Source: Planctomycetota bacterium
GTDB taxonomy: Bacteria; Planctomycetota; JAJSAM01; JAJVHW01
DNA: 64,000 nt
Reading direction: 5' to 3'
Assembly (NCBI GenBank): GCA_021776825.1
Contig: JAJFFG010000128.1
Location: forward strand, 353-64,352
The notes under the pieces are model-generated. The model ran no database searches, had not been told where the DNA came from, and saw nothing but the letters and a program-made list of their open reading frames with translations. The translations under genes were made by a program, and so were the position numbers. Positions 38,872 to 47,804 of the stretch are shown here, piece after piece (position 1 is the first letter of the stretch; each line of letters opens with the position of its first letter).

Positions 38872-40266
38872 ATGATGCGTCGCCACGGCCACCTCCATCG
38901 CTCGTCCCTGCTGGTTGCCGACATCGTCGCAGCGACCGCAGCCGCGGTGATCGCGTACATCGTTCGGTTCGAGAGCGGCTGGATCGCCGTCGAGGGCCGC
39001 TTAGATGTGCTCCCCGCGCAGTACCTCCGGGCGCTGCCGGCGACGGTGGCCGTGCTGGTCATCGCAGCGCGCCTGCGCAACCGGGAGCCGCCGGGGACGC
39101 GGCGCGACAGCATCGCGCACGCGATGCGAGCGGGGCTGCTCGGCGCGCTGCTCCTCGCAACGCTGGTCCTCTTCTATCGCGACGTGTTCCAGTACAGCCG
39201 ACTCGCCGTCGTGATCGTGGCAGGGCTCTACGTTCCCTCGCTTCTGGCAGCTCGGGCAGGCGCGCGAGCGATCGTGAGGCGGCTACGACAAGCCCGGCAG
39301 TTCCGCACTCCGGCCGCCGTCGTCGCCGGCGGCGCCCCAGCAATGCGCCTCGCGCGCGCTCTCGCCTCGACGCCCTGGAGCGGCGTGCACGTCGTCGCGG
39401 TGCTCGAGCTCGGAGGCGAGGTCGGGGCATGGCCAGCGGCGGAGAGGCTCGACGGCCTGGGCGCGCTGTTCCGGCAGGCGCAAGGCAGCGACGTAACTGA
39501 GGTCTACGTGGCCCTCCCGGCCGAGCGCGCCGCGGAGCTCCCCTCACTCCTGGAGGGGCTCGCCCAGACGACGGTGGACGTGCGTGTCGTGCCCGATCTC
39601 GGCGATGCCGTGCTGCTGAACGCGGATGCCCACGTCCTGGCGGGGCTCCCCATGGTCTCCGTACGCGAGCGGCCGCTCTACGGTGCGCATGCGGCGGCCA
39701 AGCGAGCGGTCGACGTGCTCGTCGCTGCGATGCTGCTGGTCGCGCTGCTGCCACTCCTCTTGCTCATCGCCGCGATCGTGCGCCTCACGTCGGTCGGCCC
39801 CGTGCTGTTCCGCCAAGAGCGAATGGGCCTCGATGGCCGCGCCTTCGAGATGCTCAAATTTCGGTCGATGCCAGTGGACGCTGAGGCCAACACCGGGCCG
39901 GTCTTCGCGACCATCAACGACCCCCGCGCGACTCGCGTGGGTCGTGTCCTGCGGCGTCTCTCACTCGACGAACTCCCTCAGCTCTGGAACGTCCTCAGGG
40001 GTGAGATGAGCCTCGTGGGACCTCGTCCCGAACGACAGTCGTTCATCGACGACTTTCGGCGACGGTTCCCGGGATACATGCTTCGGCATGCCGTGCGCTC
40101 GGGGATGACCGGCTGGGCGCAGGTGAACGGCCTACGTGGCGACTCGTCCCTCGAGGACCGGCTGCAGTACGACATCGAGTACATCGACAGCTGGAGCCTG
40201 CTGTTGGACGCAGAGATCCTCGGTCGGACCGCTGTGCAGGTCGTGATCGGGAAGAACGCCTACTGA
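38872..40266 (+). CDS. Polyprenyl-phosphate hexose-1-phosphate transferase (WbaP/exopolysaccharide priming sugar transferase)
   Basis: Five N-terminal TM helices. C-terminal bacterial sugar transferase domain RLTSVGPVLFRQERMG...FEMLKFRSM...DELPQLWNVLRGEMSLVGPRPE. Confidence 0.88.
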   Translation: MMRRHGHLHRSSLLVADIVAATAAAVIAYIVRFESGWIAVEGRLDVLPAQYLRALPATVAVLVIAARLRNREPPGTRRDSIAHAMRAGLLGALLLATLVLFYRDVFQYSRLAVVIVAGLYVPSLLAARAGARAIVRRLRQARQFRTPAAVVAGGAPAMRLARALASTPWSGVHVVAVLELGGEVGAWPAAERLDGLGALFRQAQGSDVTEVYVALPAERAAELPSLLEGLAQTTVDVRVVPDLGDAVLLNADAHVLAGLPMVSVRERPLYGAHAAAKRAVDVLVAAMLLVALLPLLLLIAAIVRLTSVGPVLFRQERMGLDGRAFEMLKFRSMPVDAEANTGPVFATINDPRATRVGRVLRRLSLDELPQLWNVLRGEMSLVGPRPERQSFIDDFRRRFPGYMLRHAVRSGMTGWAQVNGLRGDSSLEDRLQYDIEYIDSWSLLLDAEILGRTAVQVVIGKNAY

Positions 40267-40352
40267 CCGCGCACGGCTGCCAGAATGGAACGACCGACGG
40301 TCGGCTTGGGCCGCCCGTTCGATGTCCCCAAATCGACCGCCAAGGGTGACCG

Positions 40353-41210
40353 TTGCCGCGCCAGCCCGACTCCGCCCTTGAGAGCTACCTGCGCGAGATT
40401 GGGCAGGTGCCGCTCCTTACCGCCGAGCAGGAGCACCTGCTGGCGATCGAGGTTCGTGACGGCGACCCCGCCGCACGTGAGCGCATGATCCGCTCGAACC
40501 TGCGGCTCGTGGTCTCGATCGCGAAGCGGTACCGACGGCGCGGCCTGACGCTCCTCGATCTGATCGAAGAGGGCAACGTCGGGCTCGTCAAGGGCGTCGA
40601 GCGCTTCGATCCGGATGCCGAGACTCGGTTCAGCACGTACGCCACGTGGTGGATCAAGCAGGCCATCCGACGCGCACTCGTGAACACGGCGAAAACCGTC
40701 CGCGTCCCGTCCTACATGGTCGAGATCATCTCCAACTTCAAGCGCGCCTCCACCCGGTTCGAGGAGGAGCACGGTCGGCCGCCGACCGTCAACGAGGTCG
40801 CGAAGGAGATGGGTTACGACGACTCCAACCTGCGCCTGGTGAAGCGGGCGATCCGCGCCGCGCACAACGATGGCGACGCGATCTCGCTCGAAGCGATCTC
40901 CGAGCAGCGGGACACCCTCGAAGACACGCGAACGAACGCTCCGGACGCCGAGATCCTCGACGACGAGGAGCTGTCGAAGCTGCAGGAACTTCTCGACTCG
41001 ATCGAGCCCCGCGAGGCCGAGATCCTCCGCCTGCGCTTCGGGCTGGACGACGACGGGCCGATGACGCTGCGGGAGATCGGCGAGCGGTTCGGCGTCTCGC
41101 GCGAGCGTGTGCGCCAGATCGAAAGCCGGGCGCTGCGCAAGCTCGAGGCCCGCTTCAGCGGTCGCCGTGGAACCGGTCGCCCTGGAACCCCTCCTGCTGG
41201 AGCGCCGTGA
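40353..41210 (+). CDS. Sigma-70 family RNA polymerase sigma factor (group 2/3-like; regions 2, 3, 4)
   Basis: TTG start. Region 2 RLVVSIAKRY...DLIEEGNVGLVKGVERFD. Region 4 LTLREIGERFGVSRERVRQIESRALRKL. Confidence 0.88.
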   Translation: MPRQPDSALESYLREIGQVPLLTAEQEHLLAIEVRDGDPAARERMIRSNLRLVVSIAKRYRRRGLTLLDLIEEGNVGLVKGVERFDPDAETRFSTYATWWIKQAIRRALVNTAKTVRVPSYMVEIISNFKRASTRFEEEHGRPPTVNEVAKEMGYDDSNLRLVKRAIRAAHNDGDAISLEAISEQRDTLEDTRTNAPDAEILDDEELSKLQELLDSIEPREAEILRLRFGLDDDGPMTLREIGERFGVSRERVRQIESRALRKLEARFSGRRGTGRPGTPPAGAP

Positions 41211-41214
41211 CGAC

Positions 41215-42486
41215 GTGACCGCTGGCCCCGTCGCCGGTGGCGCTGACACCACCCGCCTCGACCCGGTCGGACCGGGCCTCTACGTCCACGTTCCGTTCTG
41301 CGAAGCCCGCTGCAGCTACTGCGACTTCTACGCCGTGGCGCGCGATCAGGCACCGCGCCGCCAGATCGCCGAGGCGCTCGCGGTCGAGGCCGCCGCACGC
41401 ACGCCGACCGACTTCGCCCCCGTCACGACGTTCGTGGGTGGTGGCACGCCGACGGCGCTCACCGACGAGGAGCTCCGCGACGTGTTGGACGTCGTGTCTG
41501 GCGTCGCACAACCGGGAGGTCGGCTCAGCGAGTGGACGGTCGAGTGCAATCCCGGGTCGTTCACGCCGACGAAGGCCCGATTGATGCGGGCGGCGGGGGT
41601 CAATCGCGTCTCCATCGGGGTGCAGAGTTTCGATGATGCCGTGTTGCGATCGGTCGGGCGGGTCCACGACGCCGCGACGGCTCGAGACGCCGTCCGTATC
41701 GCTCGGGACGCAGGGATCGAGCAGGTCTCCGTGGACCTACTCTTCGCTGTTCCCGGGCAGGGGCTGGAGACGTTCCGGCGCGACCTCGACGAGGCCGTGG
41801 TCCTCGGCACAGATCACGTCTCGGCGTACGCGCTGATCTTCGAGCCCGGGACACCGCTGCGCAAGCACCTGGACGCCGGCCGGGTCGTCGCTGAGGACGA
41901 GGTGGTCGAGCTGACGATGATGCGCGTTGCGCGCGAGGTGCTCGCCGCTGCGGGGTTCGAGCGGTACGAGGTCTCCAACTTCGCCCGTCCGGGCTCCGCA
42001 TGCCGTCACAACCTGAACTACTGGCGCAATGGCGAGTACCTCGGGCTCGGGCCATCCGCGGTGAGCTATCTGAACGGCGTCCGGCGCGGCAACGTCGCCG
42101 ACTGGCAGGAGTGGGAGCGGATCGTGCTCAGCGGGGACGATGCGGCGGTGAGCGGTGAGCGGCTCGACCCCACAGGGGCCGCGGCGGAAGAGTTGATGGT
42201 CCGCCTCCGCCTGGCCGAGGGAGCCGACCTCGCGGCGGTCGGGCGCCGCTACGACATCGATGCGGAGGGGACGTTCGGGCCGGTGATGCATCGCTTCCGT
42301 GGCTACGACCTCCTCGCGGAGGACGAAGGGCGGTGGAGCTTCACGGATCAGGGACTCGAGGTGGCCGACGGCGTGCTCGCTGAGATCATCGCCGCGGCCC
42401 GGTGTAACCTTTCGGGGTGCTCGACCGTCCCTCTTCCTGTGGACGCCTCGCGCACGGCGCCCACAACACGGCCGCGCACTCAATGA
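41215..42486 (+). CDS. hemW: Radical SAM HemW/HemN-like protein (heme chaperone / coproporphyrinogen-III-oxidase-like)
   Basis: GTG 4 nt after the sigma factor stop. LYVHVPFCEARCSYCDFY CX3CX2C cluster plus HemN C-terminal domain. Confidence 0.8.
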   Translation: MTAGPVAGGADTTRLDPVGPGLYVHVPFCEARCSYCDFYAVARDQAPRRQIAEALAVEAAARTPTDFAPVTTFVGGGTPTALTDEELRDVLDVVSGVAQPGGRLSEWTVECNPGSFTPTKARLMRAAGVNRVSIGVQSFDDAVLRSVGRVHDAATARDAVRIARDAGIEQVSVDLLFAVPGQGLETFRRDLDEAVVLGTDHVSAYALIFEPGTPLRKHLDAGRVVAEDEVVELTMMRVAREVLAAAGFERYEVSNFARPGSACRHNLNYWRNGEYLGLGPSAVSYLNGVRRGNVADWQEWERIVLSGDDAAVSGERLDPTGAAAEELMVRLRLAEGADLAAVGRRYDIDAEGTFGPVMHRFRGYDLLAEDEGRWSFTDQGLEVADGVLAEIIAAARCNLSGCSTVPLPVDASRTAPTTRPRTQ

Positions 42487-42630
42487 ACCGTCGATTCGCG
42501 ATTCGTCGCCGAACGGCCGTGGAGGTGGCGGCGGGGGAGGGCCCGCTGGGATCGGGTGTGGCGCTCGCTTCGCTGCGGGGGGCGGTGAGGTCCCGGCCGA
42601 GGATGGGGCAGGATGATCGGGCAGGGGGAG

Positions 42631-43839
42631 TCAGGAACTCGCCTGGTCTGGATCTGACGGGCCGGAATCTGACCGGGCCGGGTCTCCCCGGGCCGGGTCT
42701 CCCCGGGCGGGGCCGAGCGGGGCGTCCAGTACCTCGCCGTAGAGCGCTTCGTACTGCGAGACGACGTCCTCTTCCGCGAAGCGGTCGACCGCGCGGCGCC
42801 GAGCCTCGGCGCCCATCGCGCGGCGCCGGGCAGGGTCCTGCAGGAGCGCGATCGAGCGACGGGCAGCGGTCTCGACGTCGCCGACGTCGACCAGCAACCC
42901 GGTGACCTCGTCGTCAACGACCTCCGGCAGCCCACCGGAGCGTGTGCCGAGTACCGGCACGGCGCACGACATCGCCTCCAGCGCAGCGAGACCGAAGGAC
43001 TCGTGGTCGCTCGGCAGGAGAAACAGGTCGGAGCACCCGAGCACCCGCTCGACGGCCTCCTGCTCCCCCAGGAACCTCACGCGCTCGAACACACCCTCGT
43101 CGCGCGCGACCTTCTCCGCGCGCGGGCGTTCGGGGCCATCCCCAGCGAGCACGAGCCGAGCCGGCATCGCGCGGGACACGCGAGCGAAGATGCGGACCAC
43201 GTCGGCCAGTCGCTTCACCGGCCGGAAGTTCGAGACGTGGGCGAGCACGACCTCGTCGTCGGAGCCGAGCCCGCGTCGAGTGTCCACGCAGTCGTGAGGC
43301 CGAAAGCGGTCGGTGTCGACGAAGTTGTGGACGACACGGATCGCGCGGTCGGGTTGGAAGATCCGCAGCGACTCGTCGCGCAGCCAGTTCGACACGGTCG
43401 TCACGGCGTCGCTCGACTCGATGCCGTACCGCGTCGGGTGGAAGTACGCGCCATCCGCGCCAACAATCGTGATGTCGGTCCCGTGCAGCGTGGTGACGAT
43501 GCGCGGACCTCCACCGCCCAGCATGGCACGCGAGAGGATCGCGGAGATCGCGTGCGGGATGGCGTAGTGGACGTGCATCACATCGAGCCGATGCACTTCC
43601 GACACCTCCCGCATCACCGAGGCGAGCGCCAGGTCATACGGCGGGTACCGAAACAGCGGGTACGACGAGACGCGGGCCTCGTGGAACGAGATGTTCGGAT
43701 GGAAGTCCGCGAGCCGGGCGGGGCGCGCGTACGAGAGGAAGTGGACCTCGTGGCCACGATCGGCGAGCGCCACGCCGAGTTGGGTCGCGAGAGCGCCGGA
43801 CCCGCCGTAGGTGGGGTGGCAGCTGATCCCGATGCGCAT
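42631..43839 (-). CDS. bshA: GT4 glycosyltransferase BshA (N-acetyl-alpha-D-glucosaminyl L-malate synthase)
   Basis: MRIGISCHPTYGGSG...RGHEVHF...YPPYDLALASVMREV...HVHYAIPHAI...TTLHGTDITIVG. Colinear with Bacillus BshA (from memory). Confidence 0.8.
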   Translation of the reverse strand: MRIGISCHPTYGGSGALATQLGVALADRGHEVHFLSYARPARLADFHPNISFHEARVSSYPLFRYPPYDLALASVMREVSEVHRLDVMHVHYAIPHAISAILSRAMLGGGGPRIVTTLHGTDITIVGADGAYFHPTRYGIESSDAVTTVSNWLRDESLRIFQPDRAIRVVHNFVDTDRFRPHDCVDTRRGLGSDDEVVLAHVSNFRPVKRLADVVRIFARVSRAMPARLVLAGDGPERPRAEKVARDEGVFERVRFLGEQEAVERVLGCSDLFLLPSDHESFGLAALEAMSCAVPVLGTRSGGLPEVVDDEVTGLLVDVGDVETAARRSIALLQDPARRRAMGAEARRRAVDRFAEEDVVSQYEALYGEVLDAPLGPARGDPARGDPARSDSGPSDPDQASS

Positions 43840-43841
43840 GG

Positions 43842-44582
43842 CTAGAGGGACTCGCCCGGCCGGGCGCCGCGCCCGAGCAGCGCCCGTGGATCGACGATGT
43901 CGAGCGCGCCCCGCGTGACCAACGGTTCGCCGAGCTCGACTCCGGCCAGGCGCCCCCAGACCCGCGCCCGCGCCTCCAGTCGTGGGAGGAAGTCGCCGCG
44001 CGAAATCATCGTGACGAAGTCGTCACCGGCAGCGTCCGTGGGAGATCGGTGCAGTTGGCTCGTGAAGCACTGGGCGAGCGCGATCCGCTCGTCCCAGACG
44101 TCGGTGACATCCATCACGATCGTCGTGGGGGCCTCGTCGTGCATGACGTAGTGCAGCAGTCGATGCGGGCGGTGCGGCTCGCCGTCCGCGGTGACGTTCT
44201 TCATGCCGCTCGGGTAGAACGCCTCCTGCACGACGCGGCCCGCAGCGTCGTGATCGGGGTGCAGGTCCCCGGGCAACGGCGCCAGCACGAGCGTCGGCTG
44301 ATGACGGCGAATGGCCTCGATGACGGCCCGGCGCACGTCGAGCGAGGCCGTCAGCTCCGTGTCGGGAAAGCCGAGCGTCTCTCGCACGGCGAGCCCCATC
44401 ATCGCAGCGGCACGCTCGGCCTCGGCGGCGCGGGTCGCGGCGGTTCCCCGGCTCCCTCGCTCGCCCGCGGTCAGATCGACGACCCCGGTGCGCAGTCCGG
44501 CGTCGCGAAAGCGCAGCATGGTGCCGCCCATGCCGAGCTCCACGTCATCGGGGTGGGCGCCGAACGCCAGCACGTCGAGCAT
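43842..44582 (-). CDS. bshB: LmbE/PIG-L family deacetylase BshB (GlcNAc-malate deacetylase)
   Basis: ATG 44582 overlaps the bshC stop (ATGA). MLDVLAFGAHPDDVELGMGGT zinc-site motif. Confidence 0.75.
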   Translation of the reverse strand: MLDVLAFGAHPDDVELGMGGTMLRFRDAGLRTGVVDLTAGERGSRGTAATRAAEAERAAAMMGLAVRETLGFPDTELTASLDVRRAVIEAIRRHQPTLVLAPLPGDLHPDHDAAGRVVQEAFYPSGMKNVTADGEPHRPHRLLHYVMHDEAPTTIVMDVTDVWDERIALAQCFTSQLHRSPTDAAGDDFVTMISRGDFLPRLEARARVWGRLAGVELGEPLVTRGALDIVDPRALLGRGARPGESL

Positions 44583-46120
44583 CAGATGTCCTCCTCGAAC
44601 AGCAGCACGTGATCGCCGCCGGCAACGGCGTCCTTCAAGCGGTCGAAGAAGGCCATGCCATGGCGCGCGAGCCACGGTAGCGGGGAGAGCGAGCGCTCGG
44701 CGAACGCGCCCCGAGGCCGCAGGCCCGCCAACGCGACGACGCGGCGACGCGTGTCGACGGCGTCCCGGTCCGCCACGGCACGGGACCACGCCTCCGCGTA
44801 CAGATCGAGTTGACGTCCGAGCTCGCGCCGACGCCGGGTCACGGAGGGCGACGGGTCCGACGGGAGCGCGTCGAGCGCGGCGCGCAGGGCGGCGATCTCC
44901 GGCGGGGGAGGGGGCCGCGAGGGCAGCGCCGCCGTCCCGTGACGAACGACCGCCTCCGGCTCGACCTCGAGTCGGCGACACGCCCGCTCTACATCACGAT
45001 CGACCAGCGTCGCGCCGGGACGCAGGAGCGCCGCCGGCTGCGGGACGCCGAGCAAGTCGTGCGCCTCCCGGAGGAGCGACACGTACCCGAGCTCCGCTGG
45101 GCCGCAGACCTGCGCGGCGACCGGCAGCGCCAGGTCCTGCGCCAGTGCACGCGTGACGACGTTCCATGAGACGGCGGTCGGGTCGGCCGCAAGACGCTCC
45201 CGCAGACGGTCGGCATGGCCCGTCGTGCCGTCCTCGGCAACCAGATCGCCGTCCCTCACGTCGAAGCGCCGGCGCACGCCATCTTGCACCTCGAACACGA
45301 GCGCGCGGCGCGCGAGGGAGAGCGCGGGTGGGTACCCGGCTGCCAGCACTCGCTCCTGAGCCCGCCCGACCGAGTCGAACAGCGCGCCAGGAGAACGAAG
45401 CTCGAACTCGGCGACAGCACGGGCGGCGCTGCGAAGCGTCGATGGCTCCACGACGACGACACCCAGGGCGCCGAGATGGGCGGCGAGGTAGCGTCCGGTC
45501 CACGATCCGAATGTGTCGCCGTCGCGCGGCCGGAGCATCGCGAGGGCGAGGTCAGCCCGCTCCCCGAGCAGCTCCGATGCAGCCTCCATCACTCCGGCGA
45601 GGTCCTGTGGCAACGGCGTGTCCGCCAGCATCCGACGGCCGCCGGGAAGTGATACCTGGAGCCTGTGGAGCTCGGCGCCGTCCCGGATCAGAACGTGGTT
45701 GGCTTCGGCATGATCGTCATCTTCGGATGCGTGCCAGAACACCGGCACCGCGGGGATGCCCGCGGCCTCGAGGCGCTCGCATGCCGCGAGTGCGCCAAGC
45801 GCCTTCACGAGCACCATCAAGGCGCCCCCGAGCAGTCCTGGCTGCTGGCCCGTCACGACCGTCACGACGCCCGGCTCGCGAAGACGCTCCGCGGACGCGA
45901 ACGCCGCGGGGGGCGCCTCGAGCCGACGGAGACCACCCGAGATCGCATCGACGAGGGCCGCGCGAGGGAGCTCGCGTTGGGCCGCCAGGCGTGCGGACGC
46001 CAGCAACCCCGCGTCGTCGACGGAGTGGGTCAGAAGCCCCGCCAACGCCGGATCTCCCTCGACCAGCCCGCGCGCGAGCCCTCCGACGGGGAGCAGGTCC
46101 GACCACGGGATGCGCTTCAT
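44582..46120 (-). CDS. bshC: Bacillithiol biosynthesis cysteine-adding enzyme BshC
   Basis: ATG 46120 (MKRIPWSDLLP). TGQQPGLLGGALMVLVKAL...AVPVFWHASEDDDHAEANHV and WNVVTRALAQDLALPVAAQVCGPAELGY are colinear with Bacillus BshC/YllA motifs. Confidence 0.8.
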   Translation of the reverse strand: MKRIPWSDLLPVGGLARGLVEGDPALAGLLTHSVDDAGLLASARLAAQRELPRAALVDAISGGLRRLEAPPAAFASAERLREPGVVTVVTGQQPGLLGGALMVLVKALGALAACERLEAAGIPAVPVFWHASEDDDHAEANHVLIRDGAELHRLQVSLPGGRRMLADTPLPQDLAGVMEAASELLGERADLALAMLRPRDGDTFGSWTGRYLAAHLGALGVVVVEPSTLRSAARAVAEFELRSPGALFDSVGRAQERVLAAGYPPALSLARRALVFEVQDGVRRRFDVRDGDLVAEDGTTGHADRLRERLAADPTAVSWNVVTRALAQDLALPVAAQVCGPAELGYVSLLREAHDLLGVPQPAALLRPGATLVDRDVERACRRLEVEPEAVVRHGTAALPSRPPPPPEIAALRAALDALPSDPSPSVTRRRRELGRQLDLYAEAWSRAVADRDAVDTRRRVVALAGLRPRGAFAERSLSPLPWLARHGMAFFDRLKDAVAGGDHVLLFEEDI

Positions 46121-46884
46121 GCGGCTCTCCCGACCAGCACCGTACGAGGAGCCTCCGAGCTCCACGTCACACCGGCCAGGTCGCCATGCACCGAGACGAC
46201 CTCGAGCCCGGCGGATCGGAACAGAGACTCGAGCTCCTCGCGTGCATACAGGCGAACGGACTCGCGCCATGTCCGTGGGGGGGCGTGGCGCGTCTGCAGC
46301 CGGACGTCCTTCTCGACGCGTCCGTCGCGAATTGCGCGGACCTCGACGATGCGGTTGCCCGCCAACTCGCGCTCCGATCGGGGCACCAACGTGGCGCGGA
46401 CCCGATCGGCGTTGAGGAAGTCGAGGACCAGGTGGCCGCCGGGAGCAAGAACGCGTCGTGCCTCGGCCAGTTGCGCGCTGTTCTCCGCGTCGTCGAAGTA
46501 GCCGAACGTGGTGAACAACGAGGCGACGCCCACGAAGCAGCCGTCCACAAACGGCAGGCGCCGCAGATCCCCACGGACGTACGCGGGGCACTCCGTGACT
46601 GCCTGAGGCGGTCCGGCATGGCCGACGGCGGACCGCAGCAGATCGAGGCTCAGATCGAAGCCGACGACGCGCACGCCCCGCGCCGAGAGCGCGCGCGTGT
46701 GCCGGCCGGCGCCACAGCCCGCGTCCAGAACGAGCCCACCCGGCGGCGCAGCGAGCGCGTCGACGACGAACTCGATCTCGGCGGCGGCGGCCGCGTCACT
46801 ACGGTGCGCGTAGACCTCGAGGTACTCCGCCCGGAACGCCTCGGCGAACCACGGCCCAGGGTCGCCCTCGGCGCCTTCGCTCAT
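46117..46884 (-). CDS. Class I SAM-dependent methyltransferase embedded in the bsh operon (candidate N-methyl-bacillithiol methyltransferase)
   Basis: ATG 46884 overlaps the pyrF stop. Motif I LVLDAGCGAGRHT, FGYFDD. Paralog of the MT at 19017. Confidence 0.75.
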   Translation of the reverse strand: MSEGAEGDPGPWFAEAFRAEYLEVYAHRSDAAAAAEIEFVVDALAAPPGGLVLDAGCGAGRHTRALSARGVRVVGFDLSLDLLRSAVGHAGPPQAVTECPAYVRGDLRRLPFVDGCFVGVASLFTTFGYFDDAENSAQLAEARRVLAPGGHLVLDFLNADRVRATLVPRSERELAGNRIVEVRAIRDGRVEKDVRLQTRHAPPRTWRESVRLYAREELESLFRSAGLEVVSVHGDLAGVTWSSEAPRTVLVGRAA

Positions 46885-47804
46885 GCCGTCTCCGGCGCCG
46901 CCACAGCCCGCAGCGCGTCGCGCATCTCGACCGCCGCCGCGTGGACCGAGTCGCGCCACCGGGCGTCGCCGAACCGCTCCGCGTGGTCGCCCTTCCGGAA
47001 CGCGAACGAGATCCCGCGCGAGGAGTTCACGACGGCGCCGAGGCCGTTCGCCCCGAAGCCCGCGCGGCAGTCCTCGGCGCCGCCGCCCTGCGCTCCGTAT
47101 CCGGGCACCAGCAGCGGCGTGCGGGGCATGAGTGCGCGCAGGCACGCCAGCTCCTCGGGGTACGTGGCGCCGACGACGGCGCCGACGGCCGTCCAGCCGT
47201 CCTCATCCAAGGGTGTCTCGTCACCGATGTCGCGCACGGCGGCGGCGACCCGTTCATGCAGTGGGGCCTGCCCGCCGTGGTCGTCGACCGTCTGCCGACC
47301 CTGGAAGTCCGCCGACCCGGGGTTGCTCGTCTTGACCAGCACGTAGATGCCCTTCCCCGCGTCGCGACATCGGTCAAGGAAGGGTGCGAGGGTGTCCAGG
47401 CCGAGGTACGCATTGACCGTCAGCGCATCCGCTTCGACCACATCGAAGTGAGCCTGAGCGTAGGCCTCGGCAGTGCTCCCGATGTCGCCGCGCTTCGCAT
47501 CGGCGATCACGAGCAGCCCGCGCTCCCGCGCCGCTGCGACCGTGCGCTGGTAGGCGCGGACTCCGGCCCACCCCTCCGCCTCGAAGAACGCCACCTGGGG
47601 CTTCACCACCGGAGCCAGCGGCGCGACCACATCGAGAAGCTCGCGAGCCCAGAGCTCGATCGCCTCCGCGCGGGCCTCGGCGGAGCCCTCGCGGCCGGTT
47701 GTGAACTCAGTCGGAAGCATGGCGAAGCGGGGGTCGATGCCGACACAGACGGCAGAGCCCTTCTCGCGGGTGGCGGCATGGAGTCGGGCGGCGTAGCTCG
47801 TCAC
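46881..47804 (-). CDS. pyrF: Orotidine 5'-phosphate decarboxylase (type 2, long form)
   Basis: GTG start overlaps the upstream stop (GTGA). VCVGIDPRF...KPQVAFFE...VIADAKRGDIGST motifs. Confidence 0.8.
   Translation of the reverse strand: MTSYAARLHAATREKGSAVCVGIDPRFAMLPTEFTTGREGSAEARAEAIELWARELLDVVAPLAPVVKPQVAFFEAEGWAGVRAYQRTVAAARERGLLVIADAKRGDIGSTAEAYAQAHFDVVEADALTVNAYLGLDTLAPFLDRCRDAGKGIYVLVKTSNPGSADFQGRQTVDDHGGQAPLHERVAAAVRDIGDETPLDEDGWTAVGAVVGATYPEELACLRALMPRTPLLVPGYGAQGGGAEDCRAGFGANGLGAVVNSSRGISFAFRKGDHAERFGDARWRDSVHAAAVEMRDALRAVAAPETA

Noticed and set aside
37597-38898. 433-aa minus-strand ORF
   Set aside because: Antisense to the metallophosphoesterase (clear GNHD/GDVVGYG motifs on the plus strand). 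No domain signal on the minus strand.
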